Below are positions 1 to 9,556 of a stretch of 57,897 nt of DNA, one piece after another (within the stretch, counting starts at the first letter, position 1; each line of letters begins with the position of its first letter). This stretch comes from a virus. Lineage: Duplodnaviria; Caudoviricetes. The stretch covers positions 1 through 57,897 of the IMG/VR virus record IMGVR_UViG_3300045781_000130. One strand, given 5' to 3'. Position numbers and translations under genes: made by a program. Under the pieces are notes generated by a model. The model had not been told where the DNA came from. It saw only the letters and a list, made by a program, of their open reading frames with translations, and made no database searches.

Positions 1-1
1 T

Positions 2-1078
2 TCCGGCTATTTTTATGGCGGCACCAACATTGATCTGGCGGTCCAGAACGGCAACGGTCCGCATGAGACCAGCGGCAACTTCGGCGGTGTCAGAATGTCG
101 CGCCGCGCCGCGCTTGAGACCATAGCCGCGCTATTCCCGGCGGCGGCTCTGCCGTCTCAGGAGCCGACGATATCGGCCTCCAATGTCGCGTTCGACGATA
201 CCTCGACCTATAATGCGATCAACGGCGGCAATTGCACGCGTGGCGGCTCCGGCAACCACTACTGCATCAACATCACGGTGGCGCTTAACAATTCCTCCGC
301 GACCGCATTGCAGACGTGTGGCTCCACGATCAACGGCGCGGCGGCTGACACCATTCCCCCAACTGGCACATGCACGGATGGTGGAATCGGTCAACATGTC
401 GAGGGGTTCAGAATCGGAACAGCGTCAACAAGTCTGTTGGCGGGCAGCACCTATGACGACGGGCTCGATCCAAACGTTTTGGCGTTTTCGCAACCTGCGG
501 CTTTTATTTGCTCGCAGGTTGCGGCGACAGTCGTGCAGTGCGTCAAGACCACTTCGCCGCCGTGGGTGTCCGGCCTGACCTATCTCGGTTACGGCAATAT
601 GCTTTCGACGGGGCGGTGGGGCACACTGGCCGGGAACGCCGGGGGCGCTTCTTTCGCGATCACCAATGCGGGCGCCGGATACAACGCCGGGACATGGACG
701 TGGACGGCGACGGGCGGCGGCTGCGTTTCCGAGCCCACCATTTCCTTAACGGTCTCCGGGGGCGTTGTGACCAACGCCTATCCGGCGTCGCCTGGCGCGA
801 GCACGACGCTTTGCACAAGCAATCCGACATGGCCCGCGATCAACAACACCAATATTCCCGGCATCGGCACACCTTCGACGGTCGCAACGATCACGGTTCC
901 CGCGACCGCGACGACGCCGACAGATTACGTGATGATGGGCCGGCTGCTCTACGATAATTCGTGGCGACCCGGCTCGCCGGGTATTGGCGGGACCATTAAC
1001 TCCATCCTCGGTGGCTTTGAGCCGGGGCTTCCTGTGACGCCGGTTGGAATTGAGACGTTGCTTCAAGTCAACGGCTGA
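2..1078 (+). CDS. 5'-truncated fibre/spike-like protein (Gly/Thr/Ser-rich, 8 Cys)
   Basis: Frame is open from base 2 (SGYFYGGTNIDL...) into the 327-aa ORF; composition resembles beta-rich fibre proteins; GC-rich. Confidence 0.6.
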   Translation, partial: SGYFYGGTNIDLAVQNGNGPHETSGNFGGVRMSRRAALETIAALFPAAALPSQEPTISASNVAFDDTSTYNAINGGNCTRGGSGNHYCINITVALNNSSATALQTCGSTINGAAADTIPPTGTCTDGGIGQHVEGFRIGTASTSLLAGSTYDDGLDPNVLAFSQPAAFICSQVAATVVQCVKTTSPPWVSGLTYLGYGNMLSTGRWGTLAGNAGGASFAITNAGAGYNAGTWTWTATGGGCVSEPTISLTVSGGVVTNAYPASPGASTTLCTSNPTWPAINNTNIPGIGTPSTVATITVPATATTPTDYVMMGRLLYDNSWRPGSPGIGGTINSILGGFEPGLPVTPVGIETLLQVNG

Positions 1079-1116
1079 TGGCTGTAACCGCTCCCTGAAA
1101 TCCCCGAGGAATTAAT

Positions 1117-3030
1117 ATGCAGATCACTCGCCTGATTCTCGCCGCGCTGGCGTCCTGCTCGCTGGCCGCCCTGGCGTCGCCCGCCCTCGCCGACAACCCT
1201 TTCCCGCACTTCCGCAATATTCAGCTCGACTCGCCGCTCGCCGTGTCCAGCGGCGGCCTCGGCAATGGGACCGGCGCCGCAGGGGCGCTGACGGTTTCGG
1301 GACGCCCTCTCGGCAAGGTCGAAACGGGATGGGCCGTCACGCCCTATGAATATGGCGCGGTCGGCGCGGGCCATGACGCGGCGGCGATCAATGCGGCCAT
1401 CGCGGCGGTATCGGTGGTTGGCGGGCGCGTCATCATCCCGAATCGCGGCGCGACATGGGCGCTGGAAGCCCCGATCATTCTCCAGTCCAACGTCGAGCTC
1501 GAATGCACCGGGAGGCCGATGCTCAAGCTCAATAACGGCGTCAACACCAACACTATCGAGGGCTATAATTTCCGCGCGTGGCTCGGCATCTGGGGGCCGT
1601 ATGGCATCGAAAATTTTGGCATCCGGGGCTGCATCATCGACGGCAACCGCGCGAATAATCCGACGCCCGTAGACGCCTATGCCGGCAACGGCGTCGTCTT
1701 CGTCGGCCGCGAGTTCCTGCTTGACAACCTCATCATTCAGAATACCGCGATGATCGGGCTATGGAGCGAGTACGCCGGCGGCAACATGGGTGGCGGGAAG
1801 AGCCCCTATGGCGGCCATATTTCCCACCTGACGACCAATTTCACCGGGACCGATGGCTGGTACAGCCAGGTGTCCGATACGCATCTGGTGGACGCGAACT
1901 TCCGCGACGCGGGCCAGAACGGAACGGCGCTGGCTCCGGTTGGCGCGGGGCTTCATGTCGGCGTCGGCGGCTGTCCGCACATGTCCGACGCCAACGAGTG
2001 GAACACCACGGGCTTCCAGGCCTATGGCGTCCTGATCGAAAGCGACGGCTGCAACATCACCGGAATGCACATCGAATCGGGCCGCATCGCCAATATCGCC
2101 ATTGTCGGGCAGAACAACCAGCTCGACAGCATCATGTCCTATTCCAACTATGCCGGAACCGGACTCCCTGCGCGCAATCTGTGGATTCTCGGCAACCGCA
2201 ATCGCGTCTCGGGCATCATCACCATCGGCACCGGCGATCCGACCGCGACCGGCGTGACGATCGGGGGCACCTATAACGGCACGCTCTATACGCCCTCCGC
2301 CTATAATCTCGACCTGACCGTGGCCGGCTATAACAACCTCATCGACTGGACCAACGACGGCGGCAACGGTTACGCCAACCTCTACACCTACACCACCGGC
2401 GCGGTCTCGGTCGGCAATTCCTCGCCGACGAGCATCGTCAATATTCGCGGGACGGGGCAGAGCGTAGGCACGTCCTATATGAACTCGATCCTGATCGGGG
2501 CGGGCGCGCAAGTCACCCAGACCAACGCGATGGCTATAGGCCACGACTCATGGGCGGCGGACTACAACGCCGTCGCCATCGGGCCATGGGGCCTCGCCTA
2601 TCAAAACGGGGACATCGATTTTTCAACAAATCGGTTTTCGACCAACGGCGACAGCGACTGGAAGCTGAAGCACTGGCTGGGCACGACGACCAATGCGACG
2701 CCGACACAACTCTACGTCGATAACATCTCCGCGCAGGCGCATGTCTACGGCAATTTTTCGTGGTCGGGCGATATTGAGATCATCGGCAGGCGTACGGACA
2801 GCGGCCACGCCGTCGTTTGCTGGTATCGCATCACCGATTTTTCCGCCTCGAACAATGGCTCGTCGCTGTCGATCGACAACGCGGGGACGATCACCGGCAA
2901 GATCACCACGTCCTGCGCGGCGCCCGCCCTCGCCGTGAGCGGAACCAATCTGTCGTTAACTGTGACGGGCGCGGCGGCAGCCACCATCAAATGGACCGCC
3001 TACGGCAAATTCGTCCAGACCGGCGGCTGA
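1117..3030 (+). CDS. Tailspike-like beta-helix protein with YadA-like head repeats and a signal peptide
   Basis: Pectate-lyase-3-like start (TPYEYGAVG...DAAAINAAI...VIIP); SILIG/AMAIG/AVAIG repeats; N-terminus MQITRLILAALASCSLAALASPALA|D; RBS GAGG. Confidence 0.7.
   Translation: MQITRLILAALASCSLAALASPALADNPFPHFRNIQLDSPLAVSSGGLGNGTGAAGALTVSGRPLGKVETGWAVTPYEYGAVGAGHDAAAINAAIAAVSVVGGRVIIPNRGATWALEAPIILQSNVELECTGRPMLKLNNGVNTNTIEGYNFRAWLGIWGPYGIENFGIRGCIIDGNRANNPTPVDAYAGNGVVFVGREFLLDNLIIQNTAMIGLWSEYAGGNMGGGKSPYGGHISHLTTNFTGTDGWYSQVSDTHLVDANFRDAGQNGTALAPVGAGLHVGVGGCPHMSDANEWNTTGFQAYGVLIESDGCNITGMHIESGRIANIAIVGQNNQLDSIMSYSNYAGTGLPARNLWILGNRNRVSGIITIGTGDPTATGVTIGGTYNGTLYTPSAYNLDLTVAGYNNLIDWTNDGGNGYANLYTYTTGAVSVGNSSPTSIVNIRGTGQSVGTSYMNSILIGAGAQVTQTNAMAIGHDSWAADYNAVAIGPWGLAYQNGDIDFSTNRFSTNGDSDWKLKHWLGTTTNATPTQLYVDNISAQAHVYGNFSWSGDIEIIGRRTDSGHAVVCWYRITDFSASNNGSSLSIDNAGTITGKITTSCAAPALAVSGTNLSLTVTGAAAATIKWTAYGKFVQTGG
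1284..1444 (+). repeat. 161-bp near-identical repeat, copy 1 (copy 2 at 57737-57897)
   Basis: Direct comparison shows 2 mismatches; the last 127 bp are identical. Confidence 0.95.
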
Positions 3031-3033
3031 GGC
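3019..3033 (+). repeat. 15-bp direct repeat ACCGGCGGCTGAGGC, copy 1
   Basis: Identical to 4438-4452; both copies span a gene end encoding TGG-stop. Confidence 0.85.
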
Positions 3034-3054
3034 AATTCAGAAGGAGGCAGTATC

Positions 3055-4449
3055 ATGCGATTTACAGTTTTTCTTGCCAGCTTGTTTCTGACGGGGGCGA
3101 GCCACGCGCAGACCTCGGTTCAGCACCCAGACTTTTTCACCGGCTACGCCGCGCAGAGCATTGGCGTAACTGGCAGTCTCCAACCGGCGAACGGCGTCTA
3201 TCCGAAGCGCCCGAATTGGGTCGTTACGGGCGTCGACGAGCCTGCGGGCATCCCCGCCGCATCCCTGCCGCTGAAAATTCCGGGCGTCAGTCCGCTTCCC
3301 GCGCATTGCCGCGCGCTGATCGAGGCGCCGGGGAAAGCAGTCAATCACATCAATTGCCAGCAAGACGGCGGTGCGGGCTTCACTTTCGATGGTTGGGATT
3401 TTTCGGTCAACGGCGGCGTCTATCTCGACAGCACTTTCGCCGTCACCGGCCCCGTCGTCATCAAGAACAGCCGTTTTGTCTATGGGCCGACATTCTCATC
3501 GAGCGGGGCTTCCGCGTATCATTCCCTGCTCAATATCGCGGTCGCCGGGTCGCTGCTGTTCGACCACAATTACCTCGACGCCAACGGACCGCAGACGGTC
3601 AAAGACGGCTCCGGGATGCCCGCGACGCTGTCCGCCGGCCACTATCCGATGACGATCACCTACAACGCCTTTTTGCGGGGCCGCGCCAGAGATGTTGTCT
3701 CGACCGGATATGGTAAGCCGCAAGGCGACGTAATTCTCCTGCACAACTATTTCGAGGGCCTGACGTATGCCAGCGGCGAGGCGCACGGAGAAATTACGCT
3801 GCTGACGTGGACGGGGACGATGAACAATTTCATCTCCCAATACAATACTTTCCTTGAGCCGAACACGACGTTCATGGATTCCACGACAAATGGCATGACG
3901 GCGCCTTTTGTGCCGAGCCTTTCGGTTCCTGCGGGAGCGGTGCTAACCAATCTCAGCATCGACCACAACGTGATGGTATCGAATTACGCCAAGGTCAACG
4001 GAGCCTACGTGGTCAAGCCTACAATGGGCGCGGTCGGAGCCACGTTGCAGATGGCGACTTTTGTAAATGTCACGCTCACCAACAACTACCTCGATAAAAC
4101 CGCCGCCGATTATTGCTGGTACACGCCATCCGCGCCGGTCATTCAGAATTTTACCAGCGGTGGCAACGTTAATCTGCTGACCGGCGGGGGCGCCAACGGT
4201 TTGGCGATCAACGGCAACGGCTTCTCCGGTACTGCGTCGCTGTCGAAAGGCGTGCTAAACGTAACCAGCATCAACCTGGGCGGCATCGGCGTCGGCTCGC
4301 AAATCCATATCGGGCGATCCACTGTCCCTGTTATTTCGCGTGGAACCGGAACAGGCGGAACGGGGACCTACCACGTCCTCGACACGACGCTGAGCTACCC
4401 GCTCGAAGGTTTCGCCGTCTGGGCGGACCAGTGCAACACCGGCGGCTGA
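3055..4449 (+). CDS. Signal-peptide beta-helix-like protein (putative spike/fibre)
   Basis: MRFTVFLASLFLTGASHA|Q; repeated xNxF/Y beta-helix rungs; C-terminal GTGTGGTGTY motif; RBS AGGAGG. Confidence 0.55.
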   Translation: MRFTVFLASLFLTGASHAQTSVQHPDFFTGYAAQSIGVTGSLQPANGVYPKRPNWVVTGVDEPAGIPAASLPLKIPGVSPLPAHCRALIEAPGKAVNHINCQQDGGAGFTFDGWDFSVNGGVYLDSTFAVTGPVVIKNSRFVYGPTFSSSGASAYHSLLNIAVAGSLLFDHNYLDANGPQTVKDGSGMPATLSAGHYPMTITYNAFLRGRARDVVSTGYGKPQGDVILLHNYFEGLTYASGEAHGEITLLTWTGTMNNFISQYNTFLEPNTTFMDSTTNGMTAPFVPSLSVPAGAVLTNLSIDHNVMVSNYAKVNGAYVVKPTMGAVGATLQMATFVNVTLTNNYLDKTAADYCWYTPSAPVIQNFTSGGNVNLLTGGGANGLAINGNGFSGTASLSKGVLNVTSINLGGIGVGSQIHIGRSTVPVISRGTGTGGTGTYHVLDTTLSYPLEGFAVWADQCNTGG

Positions 4450-4452
4450 GGC
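4438..4452 (+). repeat. 15-bp direct repeat ACCGGCGGCTGAGGC, copy 2
   Basis: Identical to 3019-3033. Confidence 0.85.
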
Positions 4453-4510
4453 CTCCATGCGGATCGTTCCGATTCTCGCGAGACTGGCAACTAGTAAAAG
4501 GAAATCTTCA

Positions 4511-5989
4511 ATGAAAATCCTCAAGATTGCATCTTTCCTCAGTCTCCTTGGAACCCTTCCTTGCGAGGCTCAGACCGCCCGCAGTGGGATGCTCGGGTAT
4601 AACACTACCACGTTTACCAACTGTGGTACAAATTGTATTACCGGTACCCAGTTGAATATCTGGAACTCCACTCTTGTAAACTCTGCGGGATTCCTTCAGG
4701 ATAATAATACCTGGACTGGGAGAAATGTTTTTAATAACACCCTCCAAGGGGCCATCAATCTTGCCCCATCCGCACCTCCCAGTACTCCTGCGAATGGAGA
4801 TCTTTGGGCAACGGGAACGGGGATTTTTGCTCAGATTGGTGGGGTAAGTCATAATTTGTTAGGCGGCGGGGGAACTGTGGCGTCCGGCTCCCTCGTTTAT
4901 ACGTTTACCACCGGAGACAACACGACGGCATTGCAGGCGGCAGTTACGCTTGCCGAAAATAACGGGCAGTCTCTTGAACTGGTCGGGAATGGCTCGTTTA
5001 CCGGAACGATCAGTATTAACAGTTCGCTGTGGATACATGGGCAAAGTCGTGATCAGACTTTCGCATCGGCAAGCACGACTGGAATAGCTTTTGCAGTAAA
5101 CGCCGATCACGTTATTTTTAGCGACTTTTTGATTAACAACACGTCAGGCGGAACCACTCAGGAGATGATTAAATTTGCCACTAGTACTACTCTTTATCAA
5201 TGGTCCATCGTTGAAAGGATGTCTTTCGCGTCGCCGGGCCTCGCGGCTGTTGATACGGGCGGTAGTAATGGCATCACGATCCGAGAAAACTTGTTTGCTG
5301 GCGTAAATAGCATTACATTGCCAACTAATATGATCATTGCTCGCGCGACCAATACTTATCAATGCAACGGCGGCGAAAATATGATATATGATAATTACTT
5401 TATTGGTACGTTTGGCAATAATCAAACCGGAATCAGTACCGGCTGCATCGGCGGTTTGTATATCCGGAGTAACAAATTTGTAAATGTTGACAATCCTATC
5501 ATCATGTATGCTCCGACTGGTATTGCATCTGGTGACTTAATGATCCAGGACAATTCCATCGAACAATTTGCCGGAACTGCGATCCAGCTTAATTTTGCGG
5601 GCGGGACCGGGAGTTTCGAGAATATCCATATTCAAAACAACGAAATAAAGTTCCCACTTTCCGCTTCAATCGGTGGCGTCATTGAAATATTGACAACTGG
5701 AGGGGCCAGTTGGGCTTATGATATTCTAATTGAAGGCAACACCATTGGCGGGTTCACGTCGGGCTCGAACGTACTTATCAACATGACTACCGGCGCTGGA
5801 GTCGATATTTCGCACAACTCTATGCATAATTTCACATCTGGCATCGGGGGCAATATCACTCAAGCACTTAATATCGGGACGGCTGTCAGTTCTTGTACAA
5901 TTGGCCCCAATATAGTTTTGGGTGTCGGCGGTGCATGGACACCAAGTTACATAGGGCCTACTTGCACTCCTTTGGTTGCGCCTTACTGA
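4511..5989 (+). CDS. Tailspike-like beta-helix protein with a signal peptide
   Basis: MKILKIASFLSLLGTLPCEA|Q; DNTTALQAAV start of the helix and IxxNxI rungs; N-terminal CxxxCITG module shared with the 57498 ORF. Confidence 0.65.
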   Translation: MKILKIASFLSLLGTLPCEAQTARSGMLGYNTTTFTNCGTNCITGTQLNIWNSTLVNSAGFLQDNNTWTGRNVFNNTLQGAINLAPSAPPSTPANGDLWATGTGIFAQIGGVSHNLLGGGGTVASGSLVYTFTTGDNTTALQAAVTLAENNGQSLELVGNGSFTGTISINSSLWIHGQSRDQTFASASTTGIAFAVNADHVIFSDFLINNTSGGTTQEMIKFATSTTLYQWSIVERMSFASPGLAAVDTGGSNGITIRENLFAGVNSITLPTNMIIARATNTYQCNGGENMIYDNYFIGTFGNNQTGISTGCIGGLYIRSNKFVNVDNPIIMYAPTGIASGDLMIQDNSIEQFAGTAIQLNFAGGTGSFENIHIQNNEIKFPLSASIGGVIEILTTGGASWAYDILIEGNTIGGFTSGSNVLINMTTGAGVDISHNSMHNFTSGIGGNITQALNIGTAVSSCTIGPNIVLGVGGAWTPSYIGPTCTPLVAPY

Positions 5990-6137
5990 TCTTTTACAAC
6001 TCTAGTTTAGGGGCTTGCCATGCCTGAAATCCAAGTCGTACACGATGCGCTTGCGCACTACATGAGCAAGCCGGGCATCTCCAAAGACGTCGCCGAGCTG
6101 AGGCGGTCTGCAGACTTTTTGGTAAGGAATAATTCTC

Positions 6138-7016
6138 ATGGCTCCGCAGTTTATCCCAGTGGATTATGATCCTTTCGAGAAAGAAAAAGCAACTTCTGGT
6201 TTTTCACAAGAATCCACTTTACAAGCATATAATCCTTCTTGGAGAGATAAACTTGGGGGTTGGTTATATGACCAGACGAGTCATTCTCCTATTGCTCGTC
6301 AAATGGTATCAGGTTTAATTGGGTCTACTGGACTTGGTAATCAAGGTATGAATATTCTTGATTTTGTTCCCGGCGTCGGGCAAGTGCTCGCCGGGCAGGA
6401 AGCGGCGAACAATGGGGATTATAAGGGTGCTGCACTCGCTGCGGTCCCGATTCCCGGTGCCGCGCCGCTCGCCTCCGATGCGTCTGCGCTCGCAAGGTCA
6501 TTCACGCCAAAGCAGTTCGCGCAGGCGGCGGCGAATTACGGCGGAGGCCATGCTGTCGCGGCGAATGTGATGCTCCGTGACGGGCCGGAAGCGCTTGCCG
6601 CACAATACGGCCACATGGGCAAGCGCTATCCTGCGCAGGTGCAAAAGACCATCGATGCGATGGATCAAATGGCCGCACCGCTGGAAAGCGATGTGACGCT
6701 TTATCGGTCCATGCCTGTCGATCCCGGTGTGGCTGTTGGCGACGTGGTGCATGATCCGGGCTTCATGTCCACCGCGCGCACGTCTGGAACGCCGGGCGCA
6801 TTGGCTCAAGATCGTGGCGAGCATCTTGTGACGATTACGGCACCACAAGGGTCGCCGGCGGTTGATCTGAACGGAGCCTGGGGCGCGGGCGAACGCAACG
6901 AGGTTGTCCTTCCTCGCGGGAGCCGGTTGCAATTCACGTCGGTCGATCACGCGAATAAGCGGGCTAAGGCGACGCTGTTGCCATCGGGTGCTGATATGGG
7001 TGCACCGACGCAATAA
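6138..7016 (+). CDS. ADP-ribosyltransferase (R-S-E / VIP2-Alt-like C-terminal domain)
   Basis: TLYRS, GFMSTA and NEVVLPRG motifs; N-terminal FIPVDYDPF motif. Confidence 0.75.
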   Translation: MAPQFIPVDYDPFEKEKATSGFSQESTLQAYNPSWRDKLGGWLYDQTSHSPIARQMVSGLIGSTGLGNQGMNILDFVPGVGQVLAGQEAANNGDYKGAALAAVPIPGAAPLASDASALARSFTPKQFAQAAANYGGGHAVAANVMLRDGPEALAAQYGHMGKRYPAQVQKTIDAMDQMAAPLESDVTLYRSMPVDPGVAVGDVVHDPGFMSTARTSGTPGALAQDRGEHLVTITAPQGSPAVDLNGAWGAGERNEVVLPRGSRLQFTSVDHANKRAKATLLPSGADMGAPTQ

Positions 7017-7030
7017 CCCTTGGGAGAGAA

Positions 7031-7354
7031 ATGATGAGAGTAATAACTAAACAACATGGAGACTTCGTGGCGCATAAAATGGTGGCGGAAACTGCCAAGA
7101 AAATGGCAGCGGAGAGCTACGATGCCTGGGCCACTCATTCCAATGAGTTCTACGCAATTTATCCATCTCAAAAAGCCTACATTAAAGCCGCCTGGTCACT
7201 CTTCGTTCCAATGGCTAGGACCACACTTACAGAAATGCTCTCCACCAACATAAATGAGGACTTGAAAGAGCAGATCGCAGATGCCTTAATAAAAGACAAC
7301 GGATTGCGTTTTGGTCGGGAAGGAAATGGACCAGAACTGAAATTCGCACACTGA
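7031..7354 (+). CDS. Hypothetical phage protein
   Basis: Fills the gap in the late operon; RBS GGAG. Confidence 0.65.
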   Translation: MMRVITKQHGDFVAHKMVAETAKKMAAESYDAWATHSNEFYAIYPSQKAYIKAAWSLFVPMARTTLTEMLSTNINEDLKEQIADALIKDNGLRFGREGNGPELKFAH

Positions 7355-7364
7355 GGAGCAGAAA

Positions 7365-8111
7365 ATGAGTTGGAAAAAAAGTTTGCTGGTGAATCTTCCG
7401 AGAGAAGGTGAAGGCGTGGTGGGTGGCGGGGACCCTGCGCCCGCTCCGGCTGCGGTAGTTGCGGACCCTGCGCCGGCGGAGACAGACCATGCTCCAGCCC
7501 CTACTACCCCAGAGTGGGTTATGCCGAGGATCGGGGAACTTACTGCAAAGTTTCGGGAGGCGGAGCGGCGAGCGCAGGAAGCGGAGGCAAAACTTGCCGC
7601 ACAGACTACCCCTGCAGCGCAGCAACAGCCTTCCCCGCAGGCTCCAGATTTCAAAACCGCAGTCTCGGCTGAGGCTCGCAAAATGCTTTACAACAACGAG
7701 TGCAACAAGGTCTGGGCTAAGGGAAACACGGAGTTTGCAGACTTCGCTCCGGCAGTGCAGACTTTGAACCAGGCCCTCGGCGGGCTTCCTCAGGATTTTA
7801 TCGAAGCCGCGATCGAGACCGGAGACGCTCCGAGAGTGCTCTATGAACTCTCCAAGGATATTAATAAAGCGGCAGGGATCATGTTGCTGGGTTCCCCGGC
7901 AAAAATTGCTGTAGCAGTGTCAAAATATGCAGAAGGACTGGCAAAGCCAGAAGCCAAACCTGGTAAAACAGTTTCCTCTGCCCCTGCCCCTATCCCCGGT
8001 GCGGTGGGAGGTAATGTTGCCGCCCCAGCCTCGCTGGAAAACGAAGGGCTCTCCATGAAGGAATGGATAGCACTAAGGAGTAAAGAACTGAAGGCGAAGA
8101 GCGGACGATAG
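7365..8111 (+). CDS. Scaffolding protein
   Basis: Immediately upstream of the coat gene; RIGELT coiled coil, SSAPAPI, C-terminal MKEWIALR. Confidence 0.75.
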   Translation: MSWKKSLLVNLPREGEGVVGGGDPAPAPAAVVADPAPAETDHAPAPTTPEWVMPRIGELTAKFREAERRAQEAEAKLAAQTTPAAQQQPSPQAPDFKTAVSAEARKMLYNNECNKVWAKGNTEFADFAPAVQTLNQALGGLPQDFIEAAIETGDAPRVLYELSKDINKAAGIMLLGSPAKIAVAVSKYAEGLAKPEAKPGKTVSSAPAPIPGAVGGNVAAPASLENEGLSMKEWIALRSKELKAKSGR

Positions 8112-8137
8112 CCCACGTTTGACGCTTGCAATGTGGG
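8112..8137. promoter_or_regulatory. 26-bp palindromic motif, copy 1
   Basis: CCCACGTTTGACGCTTGCAATGTGGG. Confidence 0.8.
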
Positions 8138-8283
8138 TTTCGGCCTCACAAAGTCTTCTCGGGAGACTTTAAACCCCCCGCAGTCTTCTTGAAGACGTTA
8201 AAGACCATGCCTCGAGTGTACTGGCCTCACTCAGCCAAACGAAAGGATTTAACGGGGGCAACCCCATAGCTTGAGGCCGAAAC
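8137..8283 (+). ncRNA. Structured leader RNA of the capsid gene
   Basis: GTTTCGGCCTCA (8137-8148) is the perfect complement of TGAGGCCGAAAC (8272-8283); four internal hairpins. Confidence 0.6.
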
Positions 8284-8284
8284 A

Positions 8285-9511
8285 ATGGCGAATCAATTAC
8301 TGACTATCAACATGATCACTCGCGAAGCGATTCGCCTGTGGAAGAATACGAACTCATTCATCCAGCATCTGGACACGCAATATGACGATCAGTACGCTCG
8401 AAGCGGCGCGAAAATCGGCACGGCTCTTCGTATCCGTCTGCCGGCTGATTTCACTGTTCGTACTGGTGCAGCTGCGTCTCCTCAGGACACTGCGGAAGTC
8501 AGCACGACCCTGACCCTTGCGACTCAGAAGGGTGTGGATGTCAGCTATTCCTCGGTAGATCGCACGATGGCCTTGGATGATTTCTCCAAGCGCACCCTTG
8601 CTCCAATGGTCAATCGCCTGGTCGGTGCGGTAGCCGTGGATGTGATGACTGGCGTGGATAACGGTGGCTGCGCGAATTTCACTGCCAACCTCGATGCAGC
8701 GGGCAATGTGCTGAATCCTCGCGCTCAGGACATTCTCAATGCCAAGGCTATTCTGACCATCAACTCCGCCCCCAGCGACAATCGCAAGTTCGTTGCGGAC
8801 CCGCTCACCATGTCTCGCATGGTTGGTTCTCTTGCTGGTCTCCTGAATCCCTCCACCAAGATCGGCAGCCAGTATGAGTCCGGTGAGATCCAGCAGGGCC
8901 TTGGCTTTGACTGGATGGAGGACCAAACGGTCATCAAGCACACGACTGGCGCCTATACTGCCATGACGGTCAATGGTGCAGGTCAGACTGGCTTGAATCT
9001 TACTGTCAATGTCATGACGGGGCCGTTGGCGGTTGGTGATATCATCCAGGTTGCTGGTGTCAACGCCGTGAACCGTATTACCAAGCAGAGCACTGGTCAG
9101 GCTCGTCAGTTCGTTGTCACGGCGAATGTGGCGACGGGTTCTACTGTGATCCCGATCTATCCTGCGATTCTGCCCTTTACCCTCCTCAACGGTGTACTGA
9201 CGGAAGTTCAGTATCAGACCACGGATACTTCTCCAGCGAACAGCGCAGCCATCACGGTCGTCACCCCCTCGGCCAGTGTCTATCGCAAGAACCTGGCTTT
9301 TATCCCTGAGGCCATCACGCTCGCCACGGCGGACTTGGAACTCCCCAAGGGTGTGCATGAAGCGGCAAGAGAGCAATACGATGGGACCTCCATGAGGATG
9401 ATCTCCGCCTACAATATCATGACGGATCAGTTCATCACCAGGTTGGACGTACTTTACGGCTTCCTCTACATTCGTCCTGAGTGGGTCGTTGCCGTCGGTG
9501 ACGCGATCTAA
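8285..9511 (+). CDS. Major capsid protein, P22 gp5-like
   Basis: MANQLLTINMITREA, GAKIGTALRIRLP, RLDVLYG..IRPEW. Confidence 0.92.
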   Translation: MANQLLTINMITREAIRLWKNTNSFIQHLDTQYDDQYARSGAKIGTALRIRLPADFTVRTGAAASPQDTAEVSTTLTLATQKGVDVSYSSVDRTMALDDFSKRTLAPMVNRLVGAVAVDVMTGVDNGGCANFTANLDAAGNVLNPRAQDILNAKAILTINSAPSDNRKFVADPLTMSRMVGSLAGLLNPSTKIGSQYESGEIQQGLGFDWMEDQTVIKHTTGAYTAMTVNGAGQTGLNLTVNVMTGPLAVGDIIQVAGVNAVNRITKQSTGQARQFVVTANVATGSTVIPIYPAILPFTLLNGVLTEVQYQTTDTSPANSAAITVVTPSASVYRKNLAFIPEAITLATADLELPKGVHEAAREQYDGTSMRMISAYNIMTDQFITRLDVLYGFLYIRPEWVVAVGDAI

Positions 9512-9517
9512 TAACTA

Positions 9518-9544
9518 AAGGAGGGGATAACCCCCTCCCTTTTT
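9518..9544 (+). terminator. Intrinsic terminator after the capsid gene
   Basis: GGAGGGG/CCCCTCC hairpin followed by a T-run. Confidence 0.75.
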
Positions 9545-9556
9545 CAGGAGCAGACA

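Noticed and set aside
1284-1444. DGR template/variable repeat pair
   Set aside because: No reverse transcriptase found; only two mismatches, one not at an adenine; the repeat is near the N-terminus
8354-9376. Long antisense or alternate-frame ORFs (also 1759-2544, 2817-3716, 55200-55976, 56697-57437)
   Set aside because: Shadows of well-supported genes caused by codon bias
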